From Paramecium tetraurelia (lineage: Eukaryota): 64,000 nt of DNA. Positions 12,563 to 26,636 of this stretch are shown here, in pieces. The translations under genes and the position numbers were made by a program. Below the pieces are notes generated by a model. It ran no database searches, was not told where the DNA came from, and saw nothing but the letters and a program-made list of their open reading frames with translations. Within the stretch, counting starts at the first letter, position 1. Each line of letters opens with the position of its first letter. The DNA lies in NCBI GenBank assembly GCA_000165425.1, contig CT868656.1, forward strand, positions 124,001-188,000. Direction: 5' to 3'.

Positions 12563-14621
12563 TATCTATTCTTATAAGGATGACTTTAATTATGGTTAAA
12601 TTTACTCAGCAGGTTATTAGGGTACTTCTTATTATACCACTTATTACGTTGGTGGCTATTCTTTTTCTAAAGGATTTACCTTTTATACTGACTATTCTTA
12701 CTTTTATTATTCTTATTATTAAACATTTGGTTATTACTATTATTACTACTGTTCAGGTAGTATTTTTTAATCTTTTAAATTAAATTCCTCTGCCTAGGCC
12801 TTTATTTATGTTGTTTATTTTAATGAGTCTGGAATTGCTTTAAAGTCCTCATGAGTCTCTATTTATCCTTCCTACATATGATTTAATTATGATTTAGATT
12901 TACTCTGTTCCTAATTGTTATTGTTTATTTCTGATTATTTATTACTTTGTTGGATCACTTCCTCATTCTATTATGAAGAGCTCTTATTTTAATCTTATTC
13001 AACTTATTTAACCTCTGAAATCTCCTATTTCTCTACTTATTTATTTTCTGATTTCTACTCTGAATCAACTTTCTTAATTTCTTAGTTTTCCTTTTATTCA
13101 AGCTTATTATTTTCTGTTTCCCCCTATTATTCAACATCATTCGTTTTTTCATCTTCTAGTTTTTAATAATTGATATCTTCCTATTCATCAAGATTTGAGG
13201 ATTCCTAACTAGTATGTTTATTATTTTATCTGTTATCCTACTCAATTTAGTAATCAACATCCTATTGATAATCATAGTCATCCTTATTTAGATTAATGAA
13301 CCTTTACTATTTTTAGTTTTTAACTGGTTGAATTGTTTCATTTTCAAGGTATTATTCATCAGGCTATTAAATATATTCTTAATCCTCTTAGTAGTCATCT
13401 TAATAATAGTCATCTGAATCTGTTTAATAATCTCTTTCATTTTGAATTAAATTATTATCTTTATTAGATTTATTTTTCTTTTCTTATTCATTTACAATAT
13501 GCAAATCTGATATAATGTTATATTAATTTTCAGGATCTAGAGCATCATATGGTTTTGAATCTGCAGATAAATAATAATCTTCAGAGTCTTGATTTGGATC
13601 CTCTTCTTATTATTGGATAGGAGAATAATTACTGTCGTCATTGTCTTCATTATTGTATATAGGACGATCTTAATATTGCTGTTCTGTTGATGAAAAGCCT
13701 TAATCCTAATATTATTCTTCATCTGTATATTGTTATTATTAGATTTCTGGCTAATCAAGATGTTTATCATTCTTCTATTTTATTTATCTTTTTATTTTAG
13801 TTTATTTTGATTATTTTTATGAATTGGAATTCTTTCGAGCTCTTTAATTTTATTATCTTTATGATCTACTTCTATGGAATCTCTCATAATTATAATCATA
13901 ATCATCATAATCATAATAGTTGCTGTAATCAGAATCATAATCACTATCATATAAAACTTATTAGATAGGATCATCGTATTCATCGAAATCATACTCGTCG
14001 TAACTATAAGGCTTATAGTACTTATTATTTCTACCAATTGTATATTAGCCTTGTTACTATTAATTTTAACACTATTGTTTGATATATAATAATTATTTTA
14101 GATTAGTGGTCAATAATTCTATATCATATTCGGTGGCTTTTGAGGATTGAGATAATATTGATTACATTTTCTATTTTGTTGCTTAAATGCTAACATCAAT
14201 TTCAGTTAATAGATCGAGTTTCTCTTTTTTTGATTGCTTTTGATTCATTTATTACATTAACTTCATGATTTTGGCAAGATCTGTTTCAAATTTAGCTTAA
14301 AGGTCTGGTTTAACAGGCATTTCAATTTCAATTAATGATTATTAATGCAATAACTATTGTTTTGTATTTTTAACAATTCTCTCAACCTCCAACAATCCAT
14401 TAAAATCATCTCCTAATTAATTATTTAACTCTATTGCTTCTTTCCATTAAATGATGTCAGAGATCATAATATTTATATCATCTAGATCTCGACATCTCAA
14501 ATTTTGCAAATTCAGCCGAACTGCTTGCTGGAGTGTTAGCTCTAAATATTTTATAGCATTTACTTGAACTTGCAAAAGTAAGCAAACTCACAATGACTAT
14601 TGTTATATATGCGTTTTTCAT
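5666..14621 (-). CDS. Giant secreted protein (~2,970 aa): signal peptide, acidic/Gln-rich region, ten tandem LamG/ConA-like repeats
   Basis: Signal-like start MKNAYITIVIVSLLTFASS. Introns at 14542-14563 and 5867-5892. Recurrent EY[AS]xxxW..GDRxL..WxYIYxGY..FxG unit every ~630-660 nt. One apparent 1-nt frameshift near 9058. Confidence 0.85.
5750..12090 (-). repeat. Ten divergent ~210-aa protein-level repeats
   Basis: EYx(4)W-type starts near 12070, 11440, 10780, 10110, 9450, 8800, 8170, 7540, 6915 and 6290, each followed by a (G/Q/K)D(R/T)xL-type motif and an aromatic WxY/F motif. Confidence 0.85.
12470..12790 (-). repeat. (ATT)n microsatellite encoding poly-Gln (TAA codons)
   Basis: Near-perfect ATT run at ~12507-12560 lies in frame as TAA codons of the giant gene. 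Confidence 0.9.
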
Positions 14622-15297
14622 AAAATTAATAGGAAACTTTTTTCAAAGAATTTTAATCAATAAAATAAACTTATTCCTATATTGATGTTTTTTGTTGAAA
14701 AGGCATTTTTTAATGATATTTCTATGTTAATATATCTATTAAAGCATAGAGAATCATTATACTGTTTTACTTTCTTTTTGTAATGATTAGCTTACTTAAA
14801 AACAAATAACAGTATTTCTAAATTATTATAATCTTATAGAAGATTTCATAATTACCCAAATCTCTAAGAACTTTAAAATCGTACAAAATATCTCATAAAT
14901 ATTAGATGAAATATTTCGATTTACGAATGATTGGATTGATAATTTGAAAAGTTTGGTTAGTAAACAAATAATGCATACAACTTCTTTAAAGAATTAGATT
15001 ATTTGATTTATAATTCAAAGGAATTGAAGATAAAAAGCAATTTAGGAGAAATTAAAATTATTCATGAGGTACTGAATTAGTTCCAAAATTAGAATTATTT
15101 TCATAATTTCGAGATTCTCCAAGTTTTAAGATTGTTTGAAGAAAAATTTCAAAAGATGATATATTTAAATTTAATTCGGTTTAAAATCTTCAGAATTCTT
15201 CAACAAATTCTTCAGAATCAGGGAATATTTAGAATAATGAATTTCAGCAGAAAGAGATAAATTAAGATTAAATTTAGTGATGATTTATAGGAATAAA

Positions 15298-16203
15298 ATG
15301 GACTTGTTTCGTAATTATACTAAATTAGAAAAAGCGAAAATTCAAGTATAGACTAATAATAATGGTAAAATTAAGTTAAAATAAACACTTGAAGCTGAGG
15401 AAGATGATATTTAAGAATTAATTTTTAGTAAAAAGCAGGCCGGCTTTATTTAATATCAATATGTGTCGTAATGATGTAAATATACCTCCTAAATGAATGG
15501 AAATTGTCAAATGCAGTATCTAAACCTATAAATAATGGATTCATTCCAATTGTACTTTGTGCAGTGTTTGAATTAAGATGAAAAAATTCTAATTTGTGGA
15601 GATGTAGCCAGAGCTATATAAATTTGGAAAGTACGATGGGAATAAAATTAATTAACATATTTAAAAGGATTAAACCGAGATTCTGCAAGAGTTGCAGCCT
15701 TAAGCTTGAGTCCATCTGATAAAACAATGGCTATTTGTGGCACTTTCATTGAGATGTGGTAAAAAGGAAATTCTGATAAATGGGTTTTCAGACATGTTGT
15801 TAAACCAGCTAGCATCTCATAATCTGGTCAAAAAACTTAAATTTTTAACAGAGAATTAATTTATAATGGATACCTAGAATACTTTGATTTCTTAAGTGTA
15901 TTTGAAATGGAAGATGGAATTTCTGAGAAAAACTAGATAAGCAATTTTAAATAACAAAAACACTTATATATATTTTTCAACTATTAGCTGCACCCAACTC
16001 TATTTACAATAAATTATGATTTATAAATCGTCAATTTAGAATCAAAACAATATTCTATTTCCATTGTATCTTTATCTTAAATTAATGGATATTTATAAAA
16101 ATACTAATTAAATTTAAAAGCTTTTATTAGGTAGTAATAATAATTATACTTTCTTAGATATATTAATTTAATAGTAATATTCATTCATATTTAGTTATAG
16201 TGA
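15298..16203 (+). pseudogene. Degenerate WD40-repeat gene remnant
   Basis: WD-like pieces (LNQDEKILICGDVARAIQIWK, VAALSLSPSDKTMAICG..IEMWQKG) are present, but there is a TGA at 15472 and frame breaks not rescued by clear introns. Confidence 0.55.
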
Positions 16204-16303
16204 ATTAAATCTACCTAGAGAATTATTTAATTCCAACTAAATTTAGAATAAAAATTGGTATAGTTCTATTCTTTATATATTATAATAAATTATTAATTAT
16301 TCA

Positions 16304-17210
16304 ATGGATCAGGAAGATAATATTCAACTCCACTCAAAAGAAACAAATGAAGTCAATACTAACAAATAAGGATTCTAGAAAAAATATAAAGTTCATAACA
16401 ACAATATGAATTAATTTATGATTAAGATTATGATCATAAATGTTCTCCAGACTATACTTAATGGGCTACTTTACTATTTCAATTTCAATTTCATTTTCGA
16501 TAATATAAACTATAGAGGAGGAACATTAATTTAGATTTTGATTTTGCTTTTCTATCCAATCATGATAATATTATTTCGATGTTTTCACAAAAGTACAATA
16601 TTTAAGAACTCATTATGTAGAAATTTTTTTATAAGATTAGGTTAATTTCCCTTTTTTATATTATTCTTCCTATCATTTGCACCGTTTCCCTCTTAATTTT
16701 ACAAAGTTTTCCACGACTTTGATTAATAGCCTTATTAAATCGATTATATAATGTTGGCAATAATCAATCTATTAGTAGCATATCCATTGAATATTGTCTA
16801 TCTTTATTTTACAAATTATTTGATGGAAAGAAGTAAATAAATCTATTAAACTTTTATAGATTTTCAAATGATTTTAATATATTGTTGCAATCTCAGTTGC
16901 AATCGTATATTTAATAATATTTTTACATTAATGTGATGAAAATTAACCAAATGATTGTTCCATTTATCAATCTGTTATCAGTATACTATATTTTTAGGGA
17001 ATTATGACTTTATACTTATTGATATAGGTATGATTTGAACAATTTATTAATAGATATCGCTTTTGTTTGAAACTTTAGAAGGAAAACACAAATTACAACC
17101 AAATTAAGTTGTTTATGGATATATGCAAATTCAGACCAGAACTTTTTTATATTGCTTTAAAGATTGATTATTATTATAAAAATAAAATAGCATTACACTG
17201 TCTCTTTTGA
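16304..17210 (+). CDS. Multipass membrane protein, weakly Bax-inhibitor-1/TMBIM-like; possibly pseudogenised
   Basis: Several hydrophobic segments and a C-terminal LEGKHKLQPNQVVYGYMQIQ. The frame could not be joined cleanly near 16830-16880 (TGA at 16869). Confidence 0.4.
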
Positions 17211-17350
17211 TAATTTTAATCAATATCATATATCTTTCATAAAAGCTTTTAAAGAACTAATTTACTAATAGTATAAACAAAATAATGGATTTATATCACT
17301 TTAAATTTGTTCTATAATATCATAAATGGAATTATTGAATAATTTTATAA

Positions 17351-19195
17351 TCATTTTCTCTAAATAACATATTCTAAGGATACTATTCTAACTCTCTTGT
17401 CCCAACTACCAGTAAGAATTAATTCTCTATATTGATTGACAGCCATGCAACTAATTTATTCCGTATGGACTTTAATACTCTTCATGAGAGTGGCTTAATC
17501 CTTGATTTCCCATACTCTTAAAGTCTTGTCAATTCCTGCACTGAATAAATACTTATGAAACCCTAAACAAGTAATAGTTTCATTATGAGCCTATAATTTA
17601 TGAGCTTTAAAACCCCCTCTTAAATTCCAGATAATGATTATTCTATCAGCTCCTCCACTAGCCAACATTTAATTTGGTAATTCCTTCAAACAATAAACAT
17701 CATCCCCATGAGCCAGTTCATACTTCAATTATCCTTTGAATGCACTCCAAATTTTGATGAAACAATCCCCTCCAGATGCAAAATTATCGTCATCTAATTA
17801 AATGATTGTTCTAACAATCTTTTTATGAGCATCCTCAATTGTATAGAAACACTTGTCTCTATTCCAAATCTTTATTCTGTAATCCCCACCTCCAGAACAG
17901 ATATACTAAAACTTTTTTAAATAGCACAGGCTTTTCACAATGTCTAAATGACCAACCAAGGTAAACTCCAAGGTCATATATTAAACATTCCAAATATGTA
18001 TCAATCTATCATTCCCTCCTGAAACCAACTTCTCAGCTATATCTTAATTAAAGTCATCAGTAATTGCACACAAACACCAAATTTCACCTTTGTGAGCCTC
18101 TATTGTTCCTAAACAAATTTATGAATCTATATCCCAAAATTTCAATACTCCCTCACCTCCAGCAGAGGCAATTTAATTTAAATTCAAAACACAAACAGCA
18201 GTAACTATGTCTAAATGACCTTAGATAACAGTGTTCAAATGTTTCTACTAGCTAATAAAGATTTCAAAGGGTAGACCATTTAATTAAGGAGCTTCTTTTG
18301 GAACTGTTCTTTATTAAGATAATTTAATACTTTGGTACAAAATCAGAACTCTAAGGAACTTTGTACTCTTTTCCGAGTAAATCAGAGTGTAAATATGGTT
18401 GAATGGATGACTTATAGAAGTCTAGATTCTTTTATTAATTTTTTAGATTGACCTTGAAAATGGTCAAAGAATCATATTCAGGTTCATCCATTACAACAGG
18501 TTTCTTCTCAGTGTTTAATATATTGCTGACAACAAAGGCCTTTTCTATGACAACTTAAATAGCTTTTTCAAAATTTTAATTTATTAAGATATCGCTGCTT
18601 ATACTTAATCTGCTTAAGTCTTCTGCTTATTTGGTAAGAGTAGGTACAATAATTTGTAATAATTTCTCTTGCAAATCTAATAAGAAATCAAATTTTCTTG
18701 AATCATCTACTTCTCCATTAATAATTGAATTCAATTTATTGATATGTTCTTCACAATTTTGAGTAACTTCTGCAATTTTGGTATGTTTTTCATTGTAAAA
18801 TGACTCAATTTAAAGCATAACACTTTTAATAAAGGCTATTTCTTAGATATTTAAATATACAATCTAATTCATCTGTAAAGTAGTTGACAATGTGTTTTTA
18901 TAACCTCTTACATTCGGACTTTCGAATTTCTCTAGTTTGAATCAAATGATTCTACAACATTGACATTCTCTATCTAACAATGCTCAAATCCTCTTCTATT
19001 AGAATCAATATAGATACTGGCAATGGTTTTTGGTACAGAGTAACTAGAAGGATCGAAATCCCTTAATGGTAGGATTGCAGCCAGATGATTTTTAGGGTGA
19101 GTGACAATGCAATCGGAACATAAGGTTTTGTGTTGGCATCCTTTTGTAGTGCATACCATGGTTGACATCTTGCCATGATTAAAGCAACGAATCAT
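17351..19195 (-). CDS. WD40-repeat protein with N-terminal Cys/H zinc-finger (B-box-like) and coiled coil
   Basis: CFNH..CTTKGC..LCSDCIVTHPKNH, followed by about seven GH..SxGxD..W repeats. Intron near the 3' end. Confidence 0.9.
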
Positions 19196-19224
19196 GTAAT
19201 TATAATAATAAAGAAAAAAAGAAA

Positions 19225-22200
19225 ATGAGTAAGTATAGTATATTAAATATTAAGGGATCATTGACAGATAAGTTTGTGTAGAAAATATAAGAATTGATGG
19301 GTTTATATTTAGACTTAATGACAACAGCCCCAAAAGTGGAATTGACTGAGAATTTATTCAGGGCCACTATAATATTTTAATTTATGTTCCGACTTCACTA
19401 TTTATTACCAGAAGATGGATGGGGAGTGTGGACTTATGAAGACTTTAAGATCAAAATACCTTAATAGATTTTATCGACAATATTTCATCAGAATGCAATT
19501 ATACTAAAAATAATACTCATCATATTGAATGGTTGTTGTTTAGTGATGAGCTTTATGCGGATAAAATTGATGTACTATTACAACAATGTCACTTGGCATA
19601 TCTTTTTTATGCCTCAAGTTTCAATACTCATAGATTTTGAATCAGATCCAACCCTTTCAATTGTAGCTATTTTTTTATTGTTACTTCAATCTTTTATAAA
19701 TTTATACTTCAACAGAGCAACCAAATTCTTACATAACAATCCATTTATAAGAAAGTATACTAATCTTACACTTGTTTCTATAGCTATTGATACTCTTTGC
19801 TACATGAACTTCCAGTTTTATTTGATTAGATTGATATTGCTTCATTTTTCAACAATCGTTTAGATAGTTGATGTCTATACATTTCATCCCTACAAACCTA
19901 TGTTCAATTCATTTGTATTTCAATGTTCCATGCTACAATACTCTCTCATTTCAATCACCACTATATCAATTATTCAATAATCAGAGAACAATTTATTTTA
20001 TTCATACTTCCTATTCGGTACATTCTCTGTGGCATTGTCATAAATAATTATAGAGAAATGTTCTAAAAAGCAAACTTTTGATTAGTATTTTGTCCTGGTC
20101 CAAACTTAATCGTTGTACTTGGCATCAAATTTTTAGAAGACAATACTGATTAATCAACATAAATAGAATTGCAAATTTAAACATTAAACCAATTTAACTG
20201 AAACCATTATTTGCATACTTGAAAACTCAATCATTAAAAATAAGCAAATAAAATTGGATTATGAAATCTTAGAATTAGCCTTGATTAATTTCTTATCCTT
20301 ATAGAAGGCTGCATTAACGGCCTTCTGTAGACTAAAATAGTACTATAATGCTATTGATGATCATACAATTTATTTTTAAATATGCTTTCCAAACATCGAC
20401 AAGAAATTATGGAAGAGAGTGAGAGATGTTTAGAATAGAATTACTAAACAAATAAGATCTACTCAATATTATGATGAAAGGGATTTGAAAACAAAGGATA
20501 TATATATTGCTTGTTTGATGAAAGATTAATTTTACCCAAAAATCTTAGAAGTCCTCAATAGAAAACTTGAATTCTGGAATAAATTATTGTCTGATCTTTC
20601 AAATTATGAAAGACTCTTTGAACACACAATCAAATGTAGCCAAGTAATGAATGATTTTAACAACTATCTCACAAATCTATTCTCTTAAGATCTAGATGAA
20701 ATTTAAAATGTTAAGACTGTTATTGAATTGAAAATGCTAGAAATCTATTTTTGTGTAGTCAGAAACGATCAGGTTTAAGCGACAAAAATGTAGAAACTCA
20801 TTATTGAGATGCTTAGATAAGAAACACAACAAGATGGAAAACTCTTAAATTGCAGTATCCTGGATAATAAAGTTGTGTTATTGTACACGAGCATTGTTAA
20901 AGCTTAAGGATTTATAATTAAGACTAATAGTGATTTATTGGCACAGTTTTGGGGGTATGAAAATGAATTAGATTTCCATGAAATTAAACATATCAATTAA
21001 CTGATGCCAAACTTTTGTGCATCTGTCCATGATTAATACATTGAGAGGTTTTAAATATTAGGTCATAGTATTCTTTTTGGGAAATGTAGAACTATCTTTC
21101 TTAAAGATAAATATGATCTACTCATTCCAGCCAGCATCACTATTGATAACTTCTTTATCAGCTATGATGATTATGTCATTACTGCTGCCTTTGCCAAAAA
21201 TAAAGAAACATCCTTATATATACTGTTTGATTCCAAAGGTAAGATACTTGGAGTCACTTAATTATTGTATAAAGTATTTCATTCCATAGATCCAACAGTC
21301 ACACCGGAAATATTGAATGCTGGGTATATATTTCAGATTATTCCCAATATTTTCTATTTGGTGAACAATCATACTAATTCTGAATTTGATAATCTTCCTT
21401 ATGAAGAAAGGATTCTATTGATGATTGGTAGTCCAATTAAATAGTAGTTCGACAGACCAATTAATTCATCTAAACATAAGGGATATTATGATGGTCTTTG
21501 GACTCTTTATGAAGATACTAAAAATCACAAAACTGAGATGTTTCTCCAAGAGTATTAAGATTCTTGTAAACAATAAATAAATCATGAATTAAAGACTATC
21601 AATTTTGAAATCATATGTCAACTTCATTATTAGTTAATTGGTCATTATAAAACTATGCCAATGTTTACTTTAGAAATTTTGGATATATTCAAAGCAGACT
21701 TATAATCCAGTTTAGATTACTCATCAGACATTGAAATTAAAACTAATGATGCATTTGAACCAGATCCAGTTGACTTAAGTTCCATTTAAGAAGAGAGTTA
21801 CAAGAAGGTGAATTAAAATGATTTGACATCAATTGACCCTCCTTTAAAAATAAATCCTGATGTTTCCTATACTAAAGGGAGATTTGAATAACAAAAAAAT
21901 GAGTAGACTACAAAAAGTAATAAATAATTCATGAAGCCTTAATCCCAAAAGGCTATATTTTAAGTGATCAAATAAAAGAATTTAAATGAAGATCTGAAAA
22001 GCATAGAAGAGGAAATGAAAGTTATCAAGGCTAATAAAAATTACAACTAAAAACAATTTATTGTTAAAGAGAGGTAACATGACGAAGAACATAAAAGTTC
22101 AGAAAAAATAACCAAAAGAAAGAACATTATTGATTAAATCTAAGAAAAACATAAGCAAGATATCAATGAAATGGATGCTGTTAATTCAGTGAACTCCATT

Positions 22201-24059
22201 GCTTCTAACTTAATCAATTACAAATAAGATCTTGTGAAAAGTGTGTACAAATCAAACAAAATTCTTTATTCGCTTAAAATGATCATTATCTTTGATCTAA
22301 TGATTATCGCCTCAATATTAGTGTTTAACATATTTCCTATGATTACAATTCATAATAACAACCTCCATGCAATTGAATAGATTGATGCTATAATGGCTCC
22401 ATATTTATATAACTCCTATTACTGTTAATTATATGTTCACAATATGATTTTTGAATTGCAAAAGCTCTAAATTGTGGATTATAGTCAAGAATTAATTAAT
22501 GACATAGAAGCAATTAATAAAAATAATACACTCCTTCAAGACCTAAGCAAATATTACCCAGTCTTTTTAGAAATTGAGAAACTAGACTACTTTCCTACAT
22601 TAAATATTAGTTTCATAATACTGCAGATCAAATGAATGTGTCATTCACTTATATGTACAGTGTTTTGATAGAGAAATTATAATATTTCACATAGAAAGGA
22701 TAAAGCTTTGCTAAATATCAGATGAATGAATCAGAGATTATATCATCCCTGTATTTGTATGCTAATCTATAGGAAAGTATATCGTTATATTCTGATTTAA
22801 TTTAGTTGATTGTGTAAACCTTTTTTGAAGATATGATTTATGATGAAAATAATTTCCTTAAATAACTTTTGGTTGCCCTTTTCACAATAATCTTTTTATT
22901 CTGGGTATAGATCATATATTTTCATCAAATATTCAATTATTTTAAGAAGATAATATACTTAAATTGTAGACTTTTAGAAAAGGATGTTCATCTAATAGTG
23001 TAGAGGCTTTAATTAATAAGAGAGATCTTAATTGAACATACGGTTACAAGTTGGAAAAAAGCAGATTACGTTCATTTGATGTTTCAATAGATTAAATCTG
23101 ATCAAATGCAAATACAATCCAAAATTAGTAAACATACACTTCTATGTTCCAGAATTGCTTAAAGTAGATTTTCTCTACTTTCCATACTCTTTATGATTAT
23201 ATCTGTTCAAGTATTCATAATAAGTTTCTGTCTTGGTGGATACTATTTTAATTAAATATAGTAAACATAATTAAGTCCTTAATATGAATTGATGTCTGAA
23301 TTCTTTTAATTTTCAGTCACAATGGATTCTATGGTTACTCAATCAGTTAGAGTGAAATGTCAAAGACTCTATATGCAGAATAATAAAATTAATGAATCAA
23401 TAACAGTTTAAAAAAATTTGGTTAACTAAAAACTTATAGCTATTAGAACTACTAATTTAAGATTTTACTCTATTTTATATTAAAACTTTATAGAATCGGA
23501 GGAACAAATACTTAAGGGATTGGTTAATGATGATTCTGTTGATAGATAAAATAATTCAACTTTGTATCAGCTGTTCTTTACTGATCTTTGCCCAATAGTG
23601 TGTCCAAATTCTACCAATTAGAAAGATTAGAATAAATATTATGTAAGTGAAGGCATCTCTGGGATATATTCAAGTCTTAGTAAATTTATTAAAAGTACTT
23701 TCAATTATGAATTGGAAAATCTGAAATAAGATCCAGATGTCAAAGCTTAAATAAGCTTAGTAAATTCCCATGAATTTATTGTATTGATTTCAAGGCATTT
23801 TCTAAATACTAAAAAAGCATTCATAAAATTCTAAGAGGAAATACTTGCTAAAACTTACTAAGTTATCAATCAAAATGATAAAGAAATTTAAGCTTATTTT
23901 GCATGTGCTTTAATTCTAGAAATCATAATTGCAGGATGTGCATTTATATATTGTATAAAAATGAAACAAAAACAAATATAACTAATGAGATTGTCTTTAA
24001 GTAATATTCCAATAGATCTATTGGATTAACAATCAATCAGCATTCTTAAAACATTATGA
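19225..24059 (+). CDS. TmcB-like / PAS-domain multipass membrane protein (~1,610 aa)
   Basis: N-terminal TM cluster, PAS-like FWGYE..INQLMPNFCASVHDQYIERF, later paired TMs, C-terminal MRLSLSNIP. One apparent frameshift at ~22610. Confidence 0.85.
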
Positions 24060-24186
24060 ATATCATTATATTTATTATATGATTATTTTAAAATCTAAAG
24101 AAACCGTTGATATGTAAATAGAAACCACAAAGATCTCATATATTTAATTGATATTTCCTTGAATATAAAATCTAAAAATAACTTTA

Positions 24187-25074
24187 ATGAAAATTAACCT
24201 GATTTTATGTATCTTAACTTTTCGAATAACGGGACAAATTGTAATACCATTCGGGTAACGATGCTTATGTTCTGATATTTCTGAAAAAAATTAATGTGAA
24301 CTAATAAATTGCTATTGGGATGGAGAATGCTCTGAAAACAAATGTGAAAATAGAAAATAAGATAAATGCTACGGAGAATGTTAATGGTCAGATGGAGCAT
24401 GCATAGATTACGTTTTTAAATGTAGCGATTACAGCACTTAAAAGAGCTGTGATTAACAAGCGAATTGTGGTTGGGCGGCTTCATAATAATGCATATTATT
24501 TAATAGTTGCCAAGGGTTTTTCGTATCAGAACCCGAACAATGTTATTCAAAAGGTTAGAGTTAATGTGAACCGTCGGCAACACAAGCAGACGGCTAATAT
24601 CAGTGCGTTTAGAAGATGAATGTAGAATGTGGAAAATTGAAATCAAAAACCATATGCAACAATTCTCAATAATCAAACAGTGTATAGTGTGGATGGAAAT
24701 AATCAACAAATGAATGTTTAGCCAAATTGGATTTTGATAATTGCGAGAACGTGAAGGATTGGTAAGAAATGTGTGATACTTATGCTTGCATTTGGTTAAA
24801 TGGAACATGTTTGTCTAGAGATTGTGGCAGTTTCACTATCTAAGATACATGCAAATTTATTCCAAATTATTAATATACTGAAATCACAGTTTGTATTTGG
24901 ACACAAGATAAGTGTTAGAGTGTGGAAAGCTTAGATGAATTGCCATAAGAACAATGCTTTCAAAATACAAATGGTGGATCTATGTGGATAAATGATGGTT
25001 GTACATCTTGTTATGGATATACTTAAATTCTGAATATAATAATGATGGTGCTGATTTTCACATTATTTGAGTGA
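24187..25074 (+). CDS. Cys-rich surface mini-antigen-like protein, probable GPI anchor (295 aa)
   Basis: Signal peptide, periodic CxW...C repeats, hydrophobic C-terminal tail QILNIIMMVLIFTLFE*. Confidence 0.88.
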
Positions 25075-25128
25075 ATATAAATTTAGTATAATCTTTATAA
25101 ATGCAATTAAAGTGATTATTAAACATGA

Positions 25129-25716
25129 TCAATAAGATTTCTTCAATTTCATTACTTTTGCTGCCTTTATTGTGAAAATTACGGTGACAATTATCATTAG
25201 CAAAATAGTTATTATCGAAAAAAATATTATTTTGCTGGAAATTACATTCATCTTTTCATTCCTATTTGTCTACAATTATACTAAATCTAATTGAGCAGAC
25301 TATAAATCAATTCAACTTTATACCTTTAAGTGTTGCAAAGTATTATTGTATTATTTAACTTACTTCTCTACTTCCTTCAAATCTTCAATTGATGCTACTT
25401 CCGCTTATATACCCTGCTCATAGAAAAATTAGATGTTCATCTAATAGTGAGCCAGATTATGAATACAAATTTGAATCTATGTTGTCTCATTGAAAAGTTG
25501 TGTAAACTTTTGTGTTAATTCATGATACGTGTACAACAACTACTTATTCACACCTGTATCAGTTATTTTAAGACTATAATCTGCCGACTCTCCTTCCACA
25601 AACCCTTATATCATCTCCTTTTCCTACAGTCTATCACCAAAACATCTTATTTATCGAGCTGGCAATTTGAATCTTAAATCTACAGCATTTGCTAAGCAAA
25701 TTAGAAAAAATAACAT
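25129..25716 (-). CDS. p24/emp24/gp25L (GOLD domain) cargo receptor
   Basis: Signal peptide, LRFKLPARQIRCFGDRL, second Cys (IQICIHN), coiled coil, TM, C-terminal KKSY (KKxx). One 24-nt intron. Confidence 0.85.
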
Positions 25717-26636
25717 AAATTTATATTCTTAATAAAATGAAATTCTCATCTAATACATAGCAAAATTACTAACTCATAAAGAACTGATCATGAAATAAAC
25801 CTTTTTATGAGATCCAAGTTTCAATTCAATTCTTAATTTATTGTACAAATTCTTTTGAAAATAAATGACTTATACTATCCTTTTTTCATATGAAATAACA
25901 AAATTATGTATAATTTTTTACATAATAATGTTAAGGTAGAATTCCTATTGCTATGACTTAAACGTTAAAAATTAATATATATTTGTTAACTTTTAATCAC
26001 TTTTCTAGAAAAAATGAATAAGTTTATCTTTGAATTACTCAATTTAGTTAATAAACAATTTTAAATATCAATAAATAATATTTATAAAGCAGAAAGGATC
26101 ATCATTCTTGATGGAATTGAGAATCGTTAAGCTTTTCCACGTCGGTAGTTTTCAGATGAATCAAACAAATTTACATAAAGACCTTTATTTTCATTAAGAT
26201 CAGATTCATTAACCATTACTTTGTGTGATAAGAAAATATTGCAGAAAACTTATATATTTCGATTCCTAACCGAAATATCGATTTTAAAATGAATTATCTG
26301 TGTGTTTAATACTTAGACCCATGCCTTCAAATAACGGTTAATTACAAATTAATATAAACATTATTTATTAAACATTAAAAATACACTTAAGTTTTTATCA
26401 ACTATACATATTTTTGATACATTACTTTCAAGCTTTGATGCCGTGATAATTTATAAGCAACTTCCTTAATATGATTTTTTGAGCCATAGATACAGTGTTT
26501 ATGATTCGTTCAAGAACATAATCACTTATGGAGGAATTGCTTTAAAATTTAAATCTACATGCATCCTTAAGCTAAACAATATATTTTTATATTCATTACA
26601 GAACATATTAATATAATTAAGTGAAAATGATAAGAT

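Noticed and set aside
12502..12783. Poly-Ile ORF in the supplied track
   Set aside because: Antisense shadow of the poly-Gln (TAA) tract of the giant gene.
25730..26620. Long TGA-free frames on both strands
   Set aside because: Expected by chance with a single stop codon in AT-rich DNA; no motif or clear intron support.
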